Source of the DNA: Armatimonadota bacterium
Lineage (GTDB): Bacteria > Armatimonadota > SYMT01
Length of the DNA: 64,000 nucleotides
Assembly (NCBI GenBank): GCA_041690135.1
Contig: JAWLHY010000005.1
Location: forward strand, 1 to 64,000
Direction: 5' to 3'
Each line of letters begins with the position of its first letter. Position 1 is the stretch's first letter. The position numbers and the translations under genes are program-made. The notes below the pieces were generated by a model. The model did not search any database. It saw only the letters and a program-made list of their open reading frames with translations, and had not been told where the DNA came from. Shown in pieces: positions 1 to 9,576 of this stretch.

Positions 1-383
1 CATAGAGAGCGGCCTCCCTTCGGAACGCTAGGCTGGTTAACCACGCGTTACCCGCAGGAGGTTGCTCTCTATTCCTCTCAAAATTCGGGGTGAATCATGC
101 TTCGTGCGCAGTTGCACTGCGCCGTGCTCGTCTTGCCATTGACAATTGCGATCTGGGTCCATCCGAAAAATCCTCTGGACCACAGGCCTCCGTAGTGCAA
201 CCGAGACAAGACGTTGGTCTGCGCGCACCCCCTCCACTTCGCGGGTACTCGGCGCGGGCAGTGCAAACCCTTTCGGCTATCCCTGCCCACGATCGAATTT
301 GCTTACAACCTGAAGCGAAAAGGACTGGGTACTGGCCGGCCCACCTCATCCTCATCCTCGTCCTAATCTTAATCCGTAAAGCC

Positions 384-1820
384 TCACAGCCCAATGGACA
401 CGTACTTCGTCTCCAGGTACGCTTCCAGGCCTTCCTGCCCCCCTTCGCGACCGACTCCGCTCTCCTTCAAACCACCGAACGGGCACTGGGCCGTGGCGGG
501 CACGGTATCGTTAATGCCGATGATGCCGTACTCCAGGCCCTCGGCCATGCGGATCGCTGTGCTGAGGTCGTTGGTCATCACGTAGGCCGCCAGGCCGTAG
601 GTGGGGTGGTTGGCCGCCCGGATCACCTCGTCGAGGTTGTCGAAGTTCAAGATAGGCATGATGGGCCCGAACGTTTCCTCGCAGGTGAGGCGCATGCTGG
701 GTTGGATGTCCGTCAGGATCGTGGGCTCCCACCAGTAGCCGCGGTCGAAGCCGTCCGGCCGCTTGCCCCCGGCGAGCACCCTGGCCCCCTTGCTCCGGGC
801 GTCCTCGATGAAACCGGTAGTGTTCTCAAGCGAGCGCTTCTCGAAAAGGGGTCCGATGTCCGTGCCGGGCTCCCAGCCGGGGCCGATCTTCAACTTGCGG
901 CTGTGCTCGACCGCCGCCTCGGTGAACTCCTTGCGGATCCTGTCGTGGACGTAGATCCGGGTCGGCGAGATGCAGACCTGCCCGTTGTTCCGGAACTTCC
1001 CGATGGCCGTGACCTTGGCGGCCTGTTCCGGATCCACGTCGGGGAAGATGATGACCGGGGCGTGACCTCCCAGCTCCATGGAGATCCGCTTCATCTGTCC
1101 GGCTGCCTGGCGCATCAGCTCCTTGCCCACTTCCGTGGACCCGGTGAAGCTGATCTTGCGGATGATCGGGTTCTCCATCACCTCCGGCGTGAACTCCCCC
1201 GGCGGCACCGTCACCAGGTTGGCGACCCCGGCGGGGACCCCGGCGTCTTCCAGGCACTGGAACAGCAGCATGGTGGCGAGGGGCGTCTGGCTGGCCGGAC
1301 GGGCCACCACGGTGCACCCCGCCGCCAGCGCCGGGGCGATCTTCCGGGCCAGCAGCAACACGGGGAAGTTCCATGGCGCGATGGCGGCCACCGGACCCAC
1401 CGGGTGCTTGATGGTCCAATGACGCTTGTTCGGCAGCGTCTGCGGAATGATTTGCCCGTAGGCCCGCTTACTCTCCTCCGCCATCCACTCGAAGTTGTTG
1501 GCGCTCTGGGCGATTTCCGCGCGCGACTCGACCAGGGTCTTCCCCTGCTCCTGGGTCAGTTGCAGGGCCAGGTCCTCCTGGCGCTCGCGAAGGAGTTCGG
1601 CCACCCGCTTCAGGATGGCGGCGCGGTCATAAGCCGTCGTCCGCGACCAGCTTTGAAAAGCCTCCCCCGCCGCCACCACGGCCGCCTGCACGTCTTCGCG
1701 CGTGCCGGAGGGGACTTCCCGCAGGATTTCTTCCGTGGCGGGGTTGATGATCCCGAGGGTCTTCCCAGAGCGGGTGCCCCGCCACTCACCATTGATGTAC
1801 ATCTGCATCCGATCGGACAT
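384..1820 (-). CDS. gabD: NAD(P)-dependent succinate-semialdehyde dehydrogenase (aldehyde dehydrogenase family)
   Basis: ALDH motifs PWNFP, SFTGSTEVG, MELGGHAP, catalytic GQVC, EETFGP, PFGGLKESGVGREGG. Confidence 0.85.
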   Translation of the reverse strand: MSDRMQMYINGEWRGTRSGKTLGIINPATEEILREVPSGTREDVQAAVVAAGEAFQSWSRTTAYDRAAILKRVAELLRERQEDLALQLTQEQGKTLVESRAEIAQSANNFEWMAEESKRAYGQIIPQTLPNKRHWTIKHPVGPVAAIAPWNFPVLLLARKIAPALAAGCTVVARPASQTPLATMLLFQCLEDAGVPAGVANLVTVPPGEFTPEVMENPIIRKISFTGSTEVGKELMRQAAGQMKRISMELGGHAPVIIFPDVDPEQAAKVTAIGKFRNNGQVCISPTRIYVHDRIRKEFTEAAVEHSRKLKIGPGWEPGTDIGPLFEKRSLENTTGFIEDARSKGARVLAGGKRPDGFDRGYWWEPTILTDIQPSMRLTCEETFGPIMPILNFDNLDEVIRAANHPTYGLAAYVMTNDLSTAIRMAEGLEYGIIGINDTVPATAQCPFGGLKESGVGREGGQEGLEAYLETKYVSIGL

Positions 1821-1871
1821 CGTTGCGCCTCCTCGATTGATTTTGCCTCGGCTCTCATCCGGGCCGTAGGC

Positions 1872-2258
1872 CTATCCCGCTGCGAAAGCCGACGCGTCAT
1901 CCACCTGCTGGTCATCCGGTTCTTCGGATAGAGCCGACAGGGAAATCGGCAATTCCTGACCGTCTATCACTGCAACGAGCTTCAACTCTCCCCCCAGAGC
2001 CTCGATGTACTGAGCCAGGGTGGAAAGGTACATATCGGTCTGATTCTCTAATCGACTGATTTGCGCCTGGCTCACGGAGAGTTGCCGCGCCAAGTCTTGC
2101 TGTGTCATCGCCTTCGCTTTACGGAGGTCAGGTAGGCGCCTCTTGTACGCCTCGTACTCGGCGATGATCTTCTCGCGGCGTTGGGCACGCTTCGTGTTCC
2201 ACGTCGGGTCCCGTTCCGCCTGTGCGGCCTGGAGGTCTTCCCATTTTGTCCTTGGCAT
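1872..2258 (-). CDS. XRE-family HTH antitoxin (HigA-like)
   Basis: Start trimmed to MPRTKW; HTH LRKAKAMTQQDLARQLSVSQAQISRLEN and STLAQYIEALGGEL; lies downstream of a RelE-like toxin. Confidence 0.85.
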   Translation of the reverse strand: MPRTKWEDLQAAQAERDPTWNTKRAQRREKIIAEYEAYKRRLPDLRKAKAMTQQDLARQLSVSQAQISRLENQTDMYLSTLAQYIEALGGELKLVAVIDGQELPISLSALSEEPDDQQVDDASAFAAG

Positions 2259-2301
2259 AGTACCACCGCCTTCTAACTGGATGCCGAAGCAGAGAAGCGT
2301 C

Positions 2302-2661
2302 TCAGAGCAGCCCTTCCTCTTCCAGTTCCCGCAGATACTGGGCGTAGATCGCTTCCGCCTTCGGGATGTTCTCGGCATACCATTCAGTCCACTGTCCCGT
2401 CTTGTCTCCTCCCAGTAGAAGGATTGCAGTCCGGCGTGGGTCAAAGAGGAACAGCACTCGGAGTGATCCCTGCTTGTCGCAACGGAGTTCTTTGAGGTTG
2501 TGGAGTCGGGAACCGTGGATTCGGTCAGCATAGGGGCGTTTCAGTTGCGGACCAAACTCCACCAGCAAGTCCACCACTTCGGTTACGTTTGCAGCTTGCT
2601 CGCCTGCCAGCGTTCCATACCACTCAACGAACTCGTCCGTTGCCTCCACTTTCCAGGGCAT
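2302..2661 (-). CDS. RelE/HigB-like (Gp49-type) type II toxin
   Basis: GPQLKRPYADRIHGSRLHNLKELR...LRVLFLFDPRRTAILLLGGDK signature; toxin-first gene order. Confidence 0.88.
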   Translation of the reverse strand: MPWKVEATDEFVEWYGTLAGEQAANVTEVVDLLVEFGPQLKRPYADRIHGSRLHNLKELRCDKQGSLRVLFLFDPRRTAILLLGGDKTGQWTEWYAENIPKAEAIYAQYLRELEEEGLL

Positions 2662-2689
2662 CGGCTGCTCCTCAACAGGGATTTCTTCT

Positions 2690-2716
2690 CTGGATATACG
2701 TCATGCAGTATACCAG
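2690..2716 (-). promoter_or_regulatory. Extended -10 (TGgTATACT) inside an imperfect inverted repeat; probable TA autoregulatory operator
   Basis: CTGGTATAC-N8-GTATATCCAG on the minus strand, about 30 nt upstream of the toxin start. Confidence 0.55.
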
Positions 2717-2823
2717 ATGGCGCATCGACGTCGGAACAGAATCAACACACAAGGAATGCTCGCAACAAACGGGGAACCCTCTGTTCCGGACACCGCGGCC
2801 CGCAGTGCGCTCAGGACCCGCGA

Positions 2824-2852
2824 TTGACGCCCCTGGGACCCCCTCCTATAAT
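2824..2852 (+). promoter_or_regulatory. sigma70 promoter of topA
   Basis: TTGACG-N17-TATAAT. Confidence 0.8.
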
Positions 2853-2970
2853 TACGCGACCTGGGAGGCCCCTCGGATTGCAGCCGGCGTGTGACCACCT
2901 CTATCTTGTGGAACACTGATCACAGGCCAGCCTTGACGCCTTGGGCCCGACGCTCGCCGGGAGTGATGTA

Positions 2971-5412
2971 ATGCCAAGGAACAAAGACCTCATCATCGTA
3001 GAGTCGCCCGCGAAGACGAAGACTCTCTCCTCTTTTCTGGGAGGACAGTACGACGTCCGCGCGTCGATGGGGCATGTCCGCGACCTACCGAAGAGCAAGC
3101 TAGGGGTCGATCCGGAACAGGACTTCCAGCCTACCTATGTGACGATCCCGGAGCGGAAGTCCGTTATCTCCGACCTGAAGAAGGCTGCCAAGGATGCCCG
3201 GACGGTCTACCTGGCTTCCGACCCGGACCGCGAAGGGGAAGCGATCGCCTGGCACCTGGCGGAGGTGTTGGGGGCCGAGAACATTCAGCGGATCGAGTTC
3301 AACGAGATTACGAAGCGCGCTGTGCAGGACGCGCTTTCGCATCCGCGTCCCATCAATATGCCGCGGGTGGACGCGCAGCAGACCCGTCGCGTGCTGGACC
3401 GCCTGGTCGGCTATAAGATCAGTCCACTCCTCTGGAAGAAGGTTCAGAAGAACCTATCCGCCGGCCGTGTCCAGAGCGTGGCCGTGCGCCTGGTGGTCGA
3501 GCGCGAGCGCGAGATTCAGGCGTTCGTGCCTACCGAATACTGGTCGCTTACGGCCCGACTGACCCAGGAAGGCGCCGATTTCCCGTTCGATGCCAAGCTG
3601 GTACAGCTTGGCGGCAAGAAGGCGGAACTGGGCAAGAGTGAAGAGGTCGCCGGCGTGCTGGAGCGGCTCGGCTATCAACTGGCCCCGCGCGAGGACGGCA
3701 AGTGGGAGGCGCAGGCTCTCGAAGCGGCTCCTTCGCCCGAGTGGAAGGTCACGGATGTCCGCAAGCGGGAGCAGAAGCGCAATCCGTCGCCGCCATTCAT
3801 TACCAGCACCCTGCAGCAGGAAGCCGCGCGGAAACTAGGCTTTAACGCGCGCCGGACGATGCAGACCGCCCAGGCACTCTACGAAGGGGTGGACCTGGGG
3901 GCGGATGGTCACGTCGGGCTGATCACCTACATGCGAACCGACTCGGTCACCATCTCGCAGGATGCCCAAACGGAAGCGCGCCAGTTCATCCACCAGCAGT
4001 ATGGGGCCGACTATGCGCCTCCGACCCCACGGCAGTATAAGGCGCGGAAGGGTGCCCAGGAAGCGCACGAGGCGATTCGCCCAACCTCGGTTTACCGCAC
4101 GCCGGACCAAATGAAGCGGCACCTTTCGTCGGACCAGTACCGCCTGTACCAGCTCATCTGGCAGCGGTTTCTGGCGAGCCAGATGGCCTCCGCGGTCTAC
4201 GATGTCACGTCGGTGGATATCGAAGTCCTCGACATGCTCTTCCGCGCCACGGGACGCGTCGTGAAGTTCGACGGCTTTATGACCCTCTACATGGAAGGCC
4301 GCGACGACCGCTCCGCGGAAGAGCAGGAAGAGGATGCGGAAGAAGGCCGCCGCCTGCCCCTGCTAACGGCCGGCGAGCGTCTGCGGTTGCTGGGGCTGCT
4401 GCCTGGCCAGCACTTTACGGAGCCGCCGCCGCGCTTCACGGAAGCGACGCTGGTCCGCGCGCTGGAAGAAAAGGGCATCGGCCGCCCGAGTACCTACGCA
4501 CAGATCATGTCCACCATTGTGGACCGCGGCTACGTGCTGCTGGAAGACAAACGGTTCCGGCCCACGGACCTGGGGTGCGTGGTGAACGACCAGTTGGTCC
4601 GTCACTTCCCCAATATCGTGAGCGTGGACTTTACAGCGGAAGTCGAACAGCGCCTGGACGACATCGCCGACGGCGAGCGCCCCTGGGTGGACGTGATGCG
4701 GGAGTTCTATGGCCCTTTCGCGCATGCCCTGGAGCGCGCCGAAACGGAGATGGAGCGCATCAAGCCGGAAGCCGTTCCCACGGACATCAACTGCCCGCAG
4801 TGCGGCAAGCAGATGCTGCTTCGCTCCAGTCGCTACGGCAAGTTCCTGGGCTGCTCCGGATTTCCGGAATGCCGGCACATCATGCAGCCGCCCGCGGAAC
4901 TGGGCGGAGAGGCTGCCGATGGCGCAGGTGAGAACGCGGAACCCCAGGAAACGATGGAGTGCCCGGATTGCGGTAAGCCGATGCAACTGCGCAAGGGCCG
5001 GTTCGGTGACTTCTGGGGCTGCACCGGTTATCCCGAGTGCAAGAAGATCATCGATCCGAAGAAGAAGGACCAGGCCCCGCCGGACCCCGACTTCTCCATG
5101 CCCTGCCCTCGCCCCGGCTGCGACGGTACGGTGACGGCCAAGCGGTCTTGGCGCGGGACGGTCTTCTACGGCTGTTCCAACTACAACGCCAAGCCGAAGT
5201 GCGAGTACGTGGCGTGGAACCGCCCGGATCCGGAGCGGCGCTGCGAGGAGTGCGGCTATCCCATGGCCGAGAAGATCTTCCGGAAAGTGAGCCAGGGCTT
5301 CAAGTGCACCAACGCGGAGTGCTCCACAAATCCCGCTCCGACCAAGAAGAAGGCTCCCGCCAAAAAAGCCACCGCTGCCGCCTCCAGCCGCTCCCGCGCG
5401 AAGAAGAGCTAG
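2971..5412 (+). CDS. topA: DNA topoisomerase I with C-terminal zinc ribbons
   Basis: LIIVESPAK, ASDPDREGEAIAWH, SAGRVQS, LITYMRTDS, GIGRPSTYA, several C4 zinc fingers, Lys-rich tail. Confidence 0.97.
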   Translation: MPRNKDLIIVESPAKTKTLSSFLGGQYDVRASMGHVRDLPKSKLGVDPEQDFQPTYVTIPERKSVISDLKKAAKDARTVYLASDPDREGEAIAWHLAEVLGAENIQRIEFNEITKRAVQDALSHPRPINMPRVDAQQTRRVLDRLVGYKISPLLWKKVQKNLSAGRVQSVAVRLVVEREREIQAFVPTEYWSLTARLTQEGADFPFDAKLVQLGGKKAELGKSEEVAGVLERLGYQLAPREDGKWEAQALEAAPSPEWKVTDVRKREQKRNPSPPFITSTLQQEAARKLGFNARRTMQTAQALYEGVDLGADGHVGLITYMRTDSVTISQDAQTEARQFIHQQYGADYAPPTPRQYKARKGAQEAHEAIRPTSVYRTPDQMKRHLSSDQYRLYQLIWQRFLASQMASAVYDVTSVDIEVLDMLFRATGRVVKFDGFMTLYMEGRDDRSAEEQEEDAEEGRRLPLLTAGERLRLLGLLPGQHFTEPPPRFTEATLVRALEEKGIGRPSTYAQIMSTIVDRGYVLLEDKRFRPTDLGCVVNDQLVRHFPNIVSVDFTAEVEQRLDDIADGERPWVDVMREFYGPFAHALERAETEMERIKPEAVPTDINCPQCGKQMLLRSSRYGKFLGCSGFPECRHIMQPPAELGGEAADGAGENAEPQETMECPDCGKPMQLRKGRFGDFWGCTGYPECKKIIDPKKKDQAPPDPDFSMPCPRPGCDGTVTAKRSWRGTVFYGCSNYNAKPKCEYVAWNRPDPERRCEECGYPMAEKIFRKVSQGFKCTNAECSTNPAPTKKKAPAKKATAAASSRSRAKKS

Positions 5413-5443
5413 TATCTTCTCTCGGCGGCGACCCAACTAACGA

Positions 5444-5483
5444 GACACAGCCCTCTCCCGCACCTGCGGGAGAGGGCTGTGTC
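5444..5483. terminator. Perfect 19-bp hairpin after topA (CCCTCTCCC/GGGAGAGGG REP-like type)
   Basis: GACACAGCCCTCTCCCGCA-CC-TGCGGGAGAGGGCTGTGTC. Confidence 0.6.
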
Positions 5484-5943
5484 GGTTCGGACCTCATCCT
5501 GTCACACCATCGTTGCGGTCGAAGCTCCAGCAGGAACAGCCGTCCTCCGCCAGGATCCATCACGGCGGTCTGTGCCCGAGCCGGCGAGGCTTGCCTCCGC
5601 TACCTGGACTGATCACCAGCAGCAGTCCCGCCCCATGCGGGAGTCCCGACAACAGTCGGGCCCTTGCGAGCCCGACAACGGACTCACGGCATGGATTGAC
5701 CGCCAGCAGGTCCTGTCCCAGACCTCATCCTAATCCTTGTCGTAATCCTAATCCGCGCAGCCCGCGTCTGAAAGGGCGGGAGGACGCCTCCACTCTCCGA
5801 GAAAAGTGCTTGCGCAGAAGTGAGCACTTTCCCCCAGGATTGGGGGGCAGGGGGCCGAAGAGGCAGAAGGTCGCACTCTTTCCTGGTAAAGGGAAACAAA
5901 TCTCGCCCCAGTCCTCCTTATCGTTATCTTTATCCGCGAAGCC

Positions 5944-6348
5944 TCAGTAGGGCCGCAGCACCTCCAGCCCCTCGATGTTCCGGTAAGCCTCTTCATGCCG
6001 GGTGACCAGGGGGATTTCGTGCGCCAGGGCGGTGGCCGCCGTCAACGCCTGCAGCGCCGTCAATCCGTCCGGCAGGCTGTGCTCCAGCACCAGGGCCACG
6101 GCCCGGGACGAAGCCATCGGTCCCAGCGAGAGCACCGCGTACGGCTGCACGAACCGTTTCCAACGCCTCTGCTCCTCCGGAGTGCGGCAGGCCTGGAGCA
6201 GTTCCAGGTAGGTAGCCGTGGCCAGGCGGACCTCCACGGGCGGCTTTTGGAAGAACTCAACCGCCTCCGGTACGCCGAGCGCAAGGTCGAAGCAGACGTC
6301 GGTCGCCACCACGGCGGGTTGGCGGAAAGTGCCGAGTTGAATGCTCAT
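5944..6348 (-). CDS. PIN-domain (VapC-like) protein, degenerate active site
   Basis: ATYLELLQ...ALTAATALAHEIPLVTRH...YRNIEGLEVLRPY matches the VapC pattern. Confidence 0.75.
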   Translation of the reverse strand: MSIQLGTFRQPAVVATDVCFDLALGVPEAVEFFQKPPVEVRLATATYLELLQACRTPEEQRRWKRFVQPYAVLSLGPMASSRAVALVLEHSLPDGLTALQALTAATALAHEIPLVTRHEEAYRNIEGLEVLRPY

Positions 6349-6623
6349 CCCTGGTCCTCCCGCATATCGGACCAGATCCCGATCACCGCTTCCGGTCCGG
6401 CCGGCAGGTCGCTCTCCGCGGGCGCGCTGTCGGTGGCCAGGACGGCATGACCGCGTTCTGCCTTGACCCAGGCCACCGAATGCGGGGCGGGCGGGCGTAC
6501 CGCCAGTGTATTCAACTGTGCCAGCGTGGGACGGGCGGTCAGCCCCAATTCACGGGCCAGGCGCTGCTGGTCATCCGGCGCCAACTGCCGCGCCTGCGTC
6601 AGCACTTCCTCAAAACTCGGCAT
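6345..6623 (-). CDS. Putative antitoxin partner of the PIN protein
   Basis: Small ORF with ATGA overlap onto the PIN gene; EEVLTQARQLAPDDQQRLA start and IGIWSD end resemble small antitoxins. Confidence 0.6.
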   Translation of the reverse strand: MPSFEEVLTQARQLAPDDQQRLARELGLTARPTLAQLNTLAVRPPAPHSVAWVKAERGHAVLATDSAPAESDLPAGPEAVIGIWSDMREDQG

Positions 6624-6830
6624 CGATTTCTCCGTTCATCCCTTAGCCGGCGTAGGTTTACGCCCCGAGGGGGGTGCCGGCTTCGCTTTTTGTAGGCGTG
6701 AGTTCACTCGCCTTCCCGAAGCGGTCCAATCTCAGCACTCCCTTAGTATCCCGCAGGGCGGCGGGCGTCACTCCCGGAGTTCATGGGTATAGCCAGCCAG
6801 GAACCATGCAAGGGTTCAGGAGGAGATAAG

Positions 6831-7229
6831 ATGTTGCACGTGCTGGTGCTGAAGGAAGACGAATGCGGGTCGTGTGAGGAGGTGCTCGACGAATTACGCA
6901 CCCTTAAGGGCCAGTTTCCGGAGATGCGAATCCGGGAGCGGTTGCTGGAGCAGGAGCCCGAAGTGGCCGGGCGGCTGGGAGTGGTGGCGGCCCCGGCGAT
7001 CATCGTGAATGATCAACTGGCATTCCAGGGGCACCCCGACCGCAGCTTCCTGTACACCTACTTCCGCAATGTCCAGGAAGGGCGGCACGACGATCCGTAC
7101 GCGTACCCGCCGGAAGATGAGCGCGACCGGGAAGCGCAGGGGCAGGAAGCAACGGGATCCATGGATACCACCTGGCGAGGCAGCGGCCGAACGCCCTCCT
7201 TTGGATCCAACCCCGGTGGTCGGCACTAG
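6831..7229 (+). CDS. Thioredoxin/glutaredoxin-fold protein
   Basis: RBS AGGAGGA; CGSC motif; GVVAAPAIIVND cis-Pro loop. Confidence 0.75.
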   Translation: MLHVLVLKEDECGSCEEVLDELRTLKGQFPEMRIRERLLEQEPEVAGRLGVVAAPAIIVNDQLAFQGHPDRSFLYTYFRNVQEGRHDDPYAYPPEDERDREAQGQEATGSMDTTWRGSGRTPSFGSNPGGRH

Positions 7230-7261
7230 CGAGTGGGGCTGACCCCGGTGTATTGGGAACG

Positions 7262-7302
7262 TGCCGAACGGTCCGAGAGAGCCTCTCTCGGACCGTTCGG
7301 CA
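7262..7302 (+). terminator. Strong hairpin downstream of the thioredoxin-like gene
   Basis: TGCCGAACGGTCCGAGAGA-GCC-TCTCTCGGACCGTTCGGCA, 19-bp perfect stem, no clear U-tract. Confidence 0.6.
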
Positions 7303-7405
7303 TCTCAGTTCCCTCTCTCAACTGACAGCCGCCGGCGACGTCGTATAGCATGAACGGGTCCGGAATCCGGCCCGAAGCATTCCCTGGCGTACCGGAGGTC
7401 CCTAC

Positions 7406-8002
7406 TTGAACCGAAATACAATCGTCGCCTTCACGCTGGCAATCGGCCTTTCTGGAGCGGCCGGGTTTTTCGGAGCCTGCGCGTTGGGCGCGGCGGAGAA
7501 GCCGGCCGGCTTCGAGAAAGATTCCCGCGAGTTGACGTTAACCGAGGAAATGGCCCGTCGCGACCTGGCGGTGGCGGTGGGTGAGCTCCGCCGGATCGCG
7601 CAAGAAACTACCCCGGAGAACTTCGAACCCGGTAAGGCTCGGCGAGAGCAGGCTTTTGAGACGGCCCTCAAGCCGCTCCAGGAAGATTCCGGGCTCCTGC
7701 TTCTCCAGGCGCATCTGCTCTCTCTGACGCACGTTGCGGAAGAAGCAGGAGCGCCGGCCGAGCAGCACCTTCAGCAAGCCATCTACGACCGGTTGCAGGT
7801 CCCCGCGGCCGAGGTGGCGAAGCGGAAAGAAGCGACCGGCCTCGGGCACGGCGGCTTGATTCTGGGTTACCTCACGGCGAAAGTGGCGAAGTTGTCGCCA
7901 GAAGAGGTTTTTGCCGAGAAGAAGAGTAAGTCATGGGCAGAATTGCTCCGCGCGCATAATATCTCCGCGTCGGAGCTCTTCGCGGCCGTGCAGAACCCTT
8001 AG
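7406..8002 (+). CDS. Hypothetical exported protein
   Basis: GGAGG RBS before TTG; N-terminal signal peptide; helical body. Confidence 0.65.
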   Translation: MNRNTIVAFTLAIGLSGAAGFFGACALGAAEKPAGFEKDSRELTLTEEMARRDLAVAVGELRRIAQETTPENFEPGKARREQAFETALKPLQEDSGLLLLQAHLLSLTHVAEEAGAPAEQHLQQAIYDRLQVPAAEVAKRKEATGLGHGGLILGYLTAKVAKLSPEEVFAEKKSKSWAELLRAHNISASELFAAVQNP

Positions 8003-8016
8003 GGTGGCCGAGTTTT

Positions 8017-8025
8017 TGGTATAAT
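8017..8025 (+). promoter_or_regulatory. Extended -10 element
   Basis: TGGTATAAT about 90 nt upstream of the HlyC/CorC gene. Confidence 0.5.
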
Positions 8026-8111
8026 CGCGCCGGAAGTCCCGGTGGGAGAGTGTCTCGTTCGGGCAAGGAGAAGAAGAGCCTGCAGTCCGGGAGGGGCTGG
8101 ACGGGCTTCGT

Positions 8112-9428
8112 ATGTCAAACCCTGGATTAGGTCTCATCATCGCCTTTTTCCTGGTGCTGCTCAACGGTTTCTTCGTGGCCGCGGAGTTTGCGCTGGTAAA
8201 AGTGCGATCCACGCGTATCGCCGAGCTCGCCAATGAGGGCAAGGGTTCGGCGCGGATGGCGATGCATGCCATCCACCATCTCGATGCGTACCTTTCGGCG
8301 ACGCAGCTCGGGATCACGCTCGCCAGCATTGGTCTTGGTTGGATCGGTGAACCGGCCTTTGAGGCGCTGCTGGAGCCGGTGTTCCACGCGCTCCACCTAC
8401 CACCGCAGGTGCACGGAGCGATTGCCTTCTTCGTGCCGTTCGCCATCATCTCGGCGCTCCACATCGTTCTAGGGGAGTTGGCGCCGAAGTCGTGGGCGAT
8501 TCAGGAAGCCGAGAAGGTGACGCTGCGGGTGGCGTACCCGCTCCACTGGTTCTACTGGCTATTCCGGCCGGCGATCGTGGTGTTGAACGGGATGGCGGGC
8601 TTCCTGCTCCGGCGGTTCGGTGTCAGCCCGGTCTCCGAACATGAATTGGCGCACTCCGAAGAGGAGTTGCGGATGATCCTCACGGCCTCCGGCGAAAGCG
8701 GCGTATTGAAGGACAGCGAGGTCGATCTCGTCAAGCACGTCTTCGAGTTCGCGGACAAGGTCGCCGGCGAGATCATGGTTCCGCGAGTCGACATGGTCTA
8801 CCTCGACGCGCAGTGGCCCCTGGAGCGGAACCTGGAGGTCGCGCGTTCGCATACTTTCACCCGCTATCCGCTGTGCGAAGGCGGCCCGGACCGGGTGCTG
8901 GGTATGATCCACATCCGCGACCTGGTGTTGCTGCCGGACGCGGGGGGCGATATCCGCGACATCCGCCGGGACATCGTTTTTGTGCCGGAGAGTAAGTCGA
9001 TCGACCAGTTGCTCCGCGAGTTCCAGCTTCGCAAGATGCACATGGCCGTCGTGGTGGATGAGTACGGCGGGACTTCCGGAATCGTGACCCTGGAGGACGT
9101 GCTCGAGCAGATCGTGGGCGAGATTCACGACGAGTTCGAGGAGCCGCTGCCGGAAGTCCAGCGCCTCGATGAGGACCGGCTGCTGGTGGACGGAAAGGTT
9201 CTGATTTCCGACCTGCGCGCCGAGTACGAGATCGAGATTCCACCGAATGGCTCGGAAACGATCGGCGGGTGGATGCTCGACAAGGTGGGCGCGATTCCCG
9301 AACCGGGAGCCACGGTGGATACCGAAAACTACCGGCTCGAGGTGAAGGAAATGGTCGGGCAGCGGGTGCTGAAAGTCCTCATCACCCGTTGTCCCGTGGA
9401 AGAGCCGCTGGAAGCCGTCCATCTGTAA
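8112..9428 (+). CDS. HlyC/CorC (CNNM + CBS) family transporter
   Basis: NGFFVAAEFALV, QLGITLASIGLGWIGEP, GELAPKS, VVDEYGGTSGIVTLEDVLEQIVGEIHDE. Confidence 0.93.
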   Translation: MSNPGLGLIIAFFLVLLNGFFVAAEFALVKVRSTRIAELANEGKGSARMAMHAIHHLDAYLSATQLGITLASIGLGWIGEPAFEALLEPVFHALHLPPQVHGAIAFFVPFAIISALHIVLGELAPKSWAIQEAEKVTLRVAYPLHWFYWLFRPAIVVLNGMAGFLLRRFGVSPVSEHELAHSEEELRMILTASGESGVLKDSEVDLVKHVFEFADKVAGEIMVPRVDMVYLDAQWPLERNLEVARSHTFTRYPLCEGGPDRVLGMIHIRDLVLLPDAGGDIRDIRRDIVFVPESKSIDQLLREFQLRKMHMAVVVDEYGGTSGIVTLEDVLEQIVGEIHDEFEEPLPEVQRLDEDRLLVDGKVLISDLRAEYEIEIPPNGSETIGGWMLDKVGAIPEPGATVDTENYRLEVKEMVGQRVLKVLITRCPVEEPLEAVHL

Positions 9429-9576
9429 CTGCGGGCGGGCGTTTCGCCCGCCCCCGTTCACCGTGTGCTTCGCGGCCGTTCTCGTCCCGCTCCCCTTCCT
9501 TTGATCGATCACTGGCGGGCGAGACGCCCGCGCTCCGAATTCGTTCTATTCGCGCAATTCGCGGATCGCCCGGGTC

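Noticed and set aside
87-96. GGGGTGAATC resembling part of a c-di-AMP (ydaO) riboswitch
   Set aside because: The other conserved blocks are missing and there is no downstream plus-strand gene.
90-1931. 613-aa plus-strand ORF
   Set aside because: Antisense shadow of gabD, typical of high-GC codon bias.
1872-6623. Prophage or mobile island suggested by two TA-like pairs
   Set aside because: No integrase, transposase or att-like repeats were seen, and the pairs flank the core gene topA.
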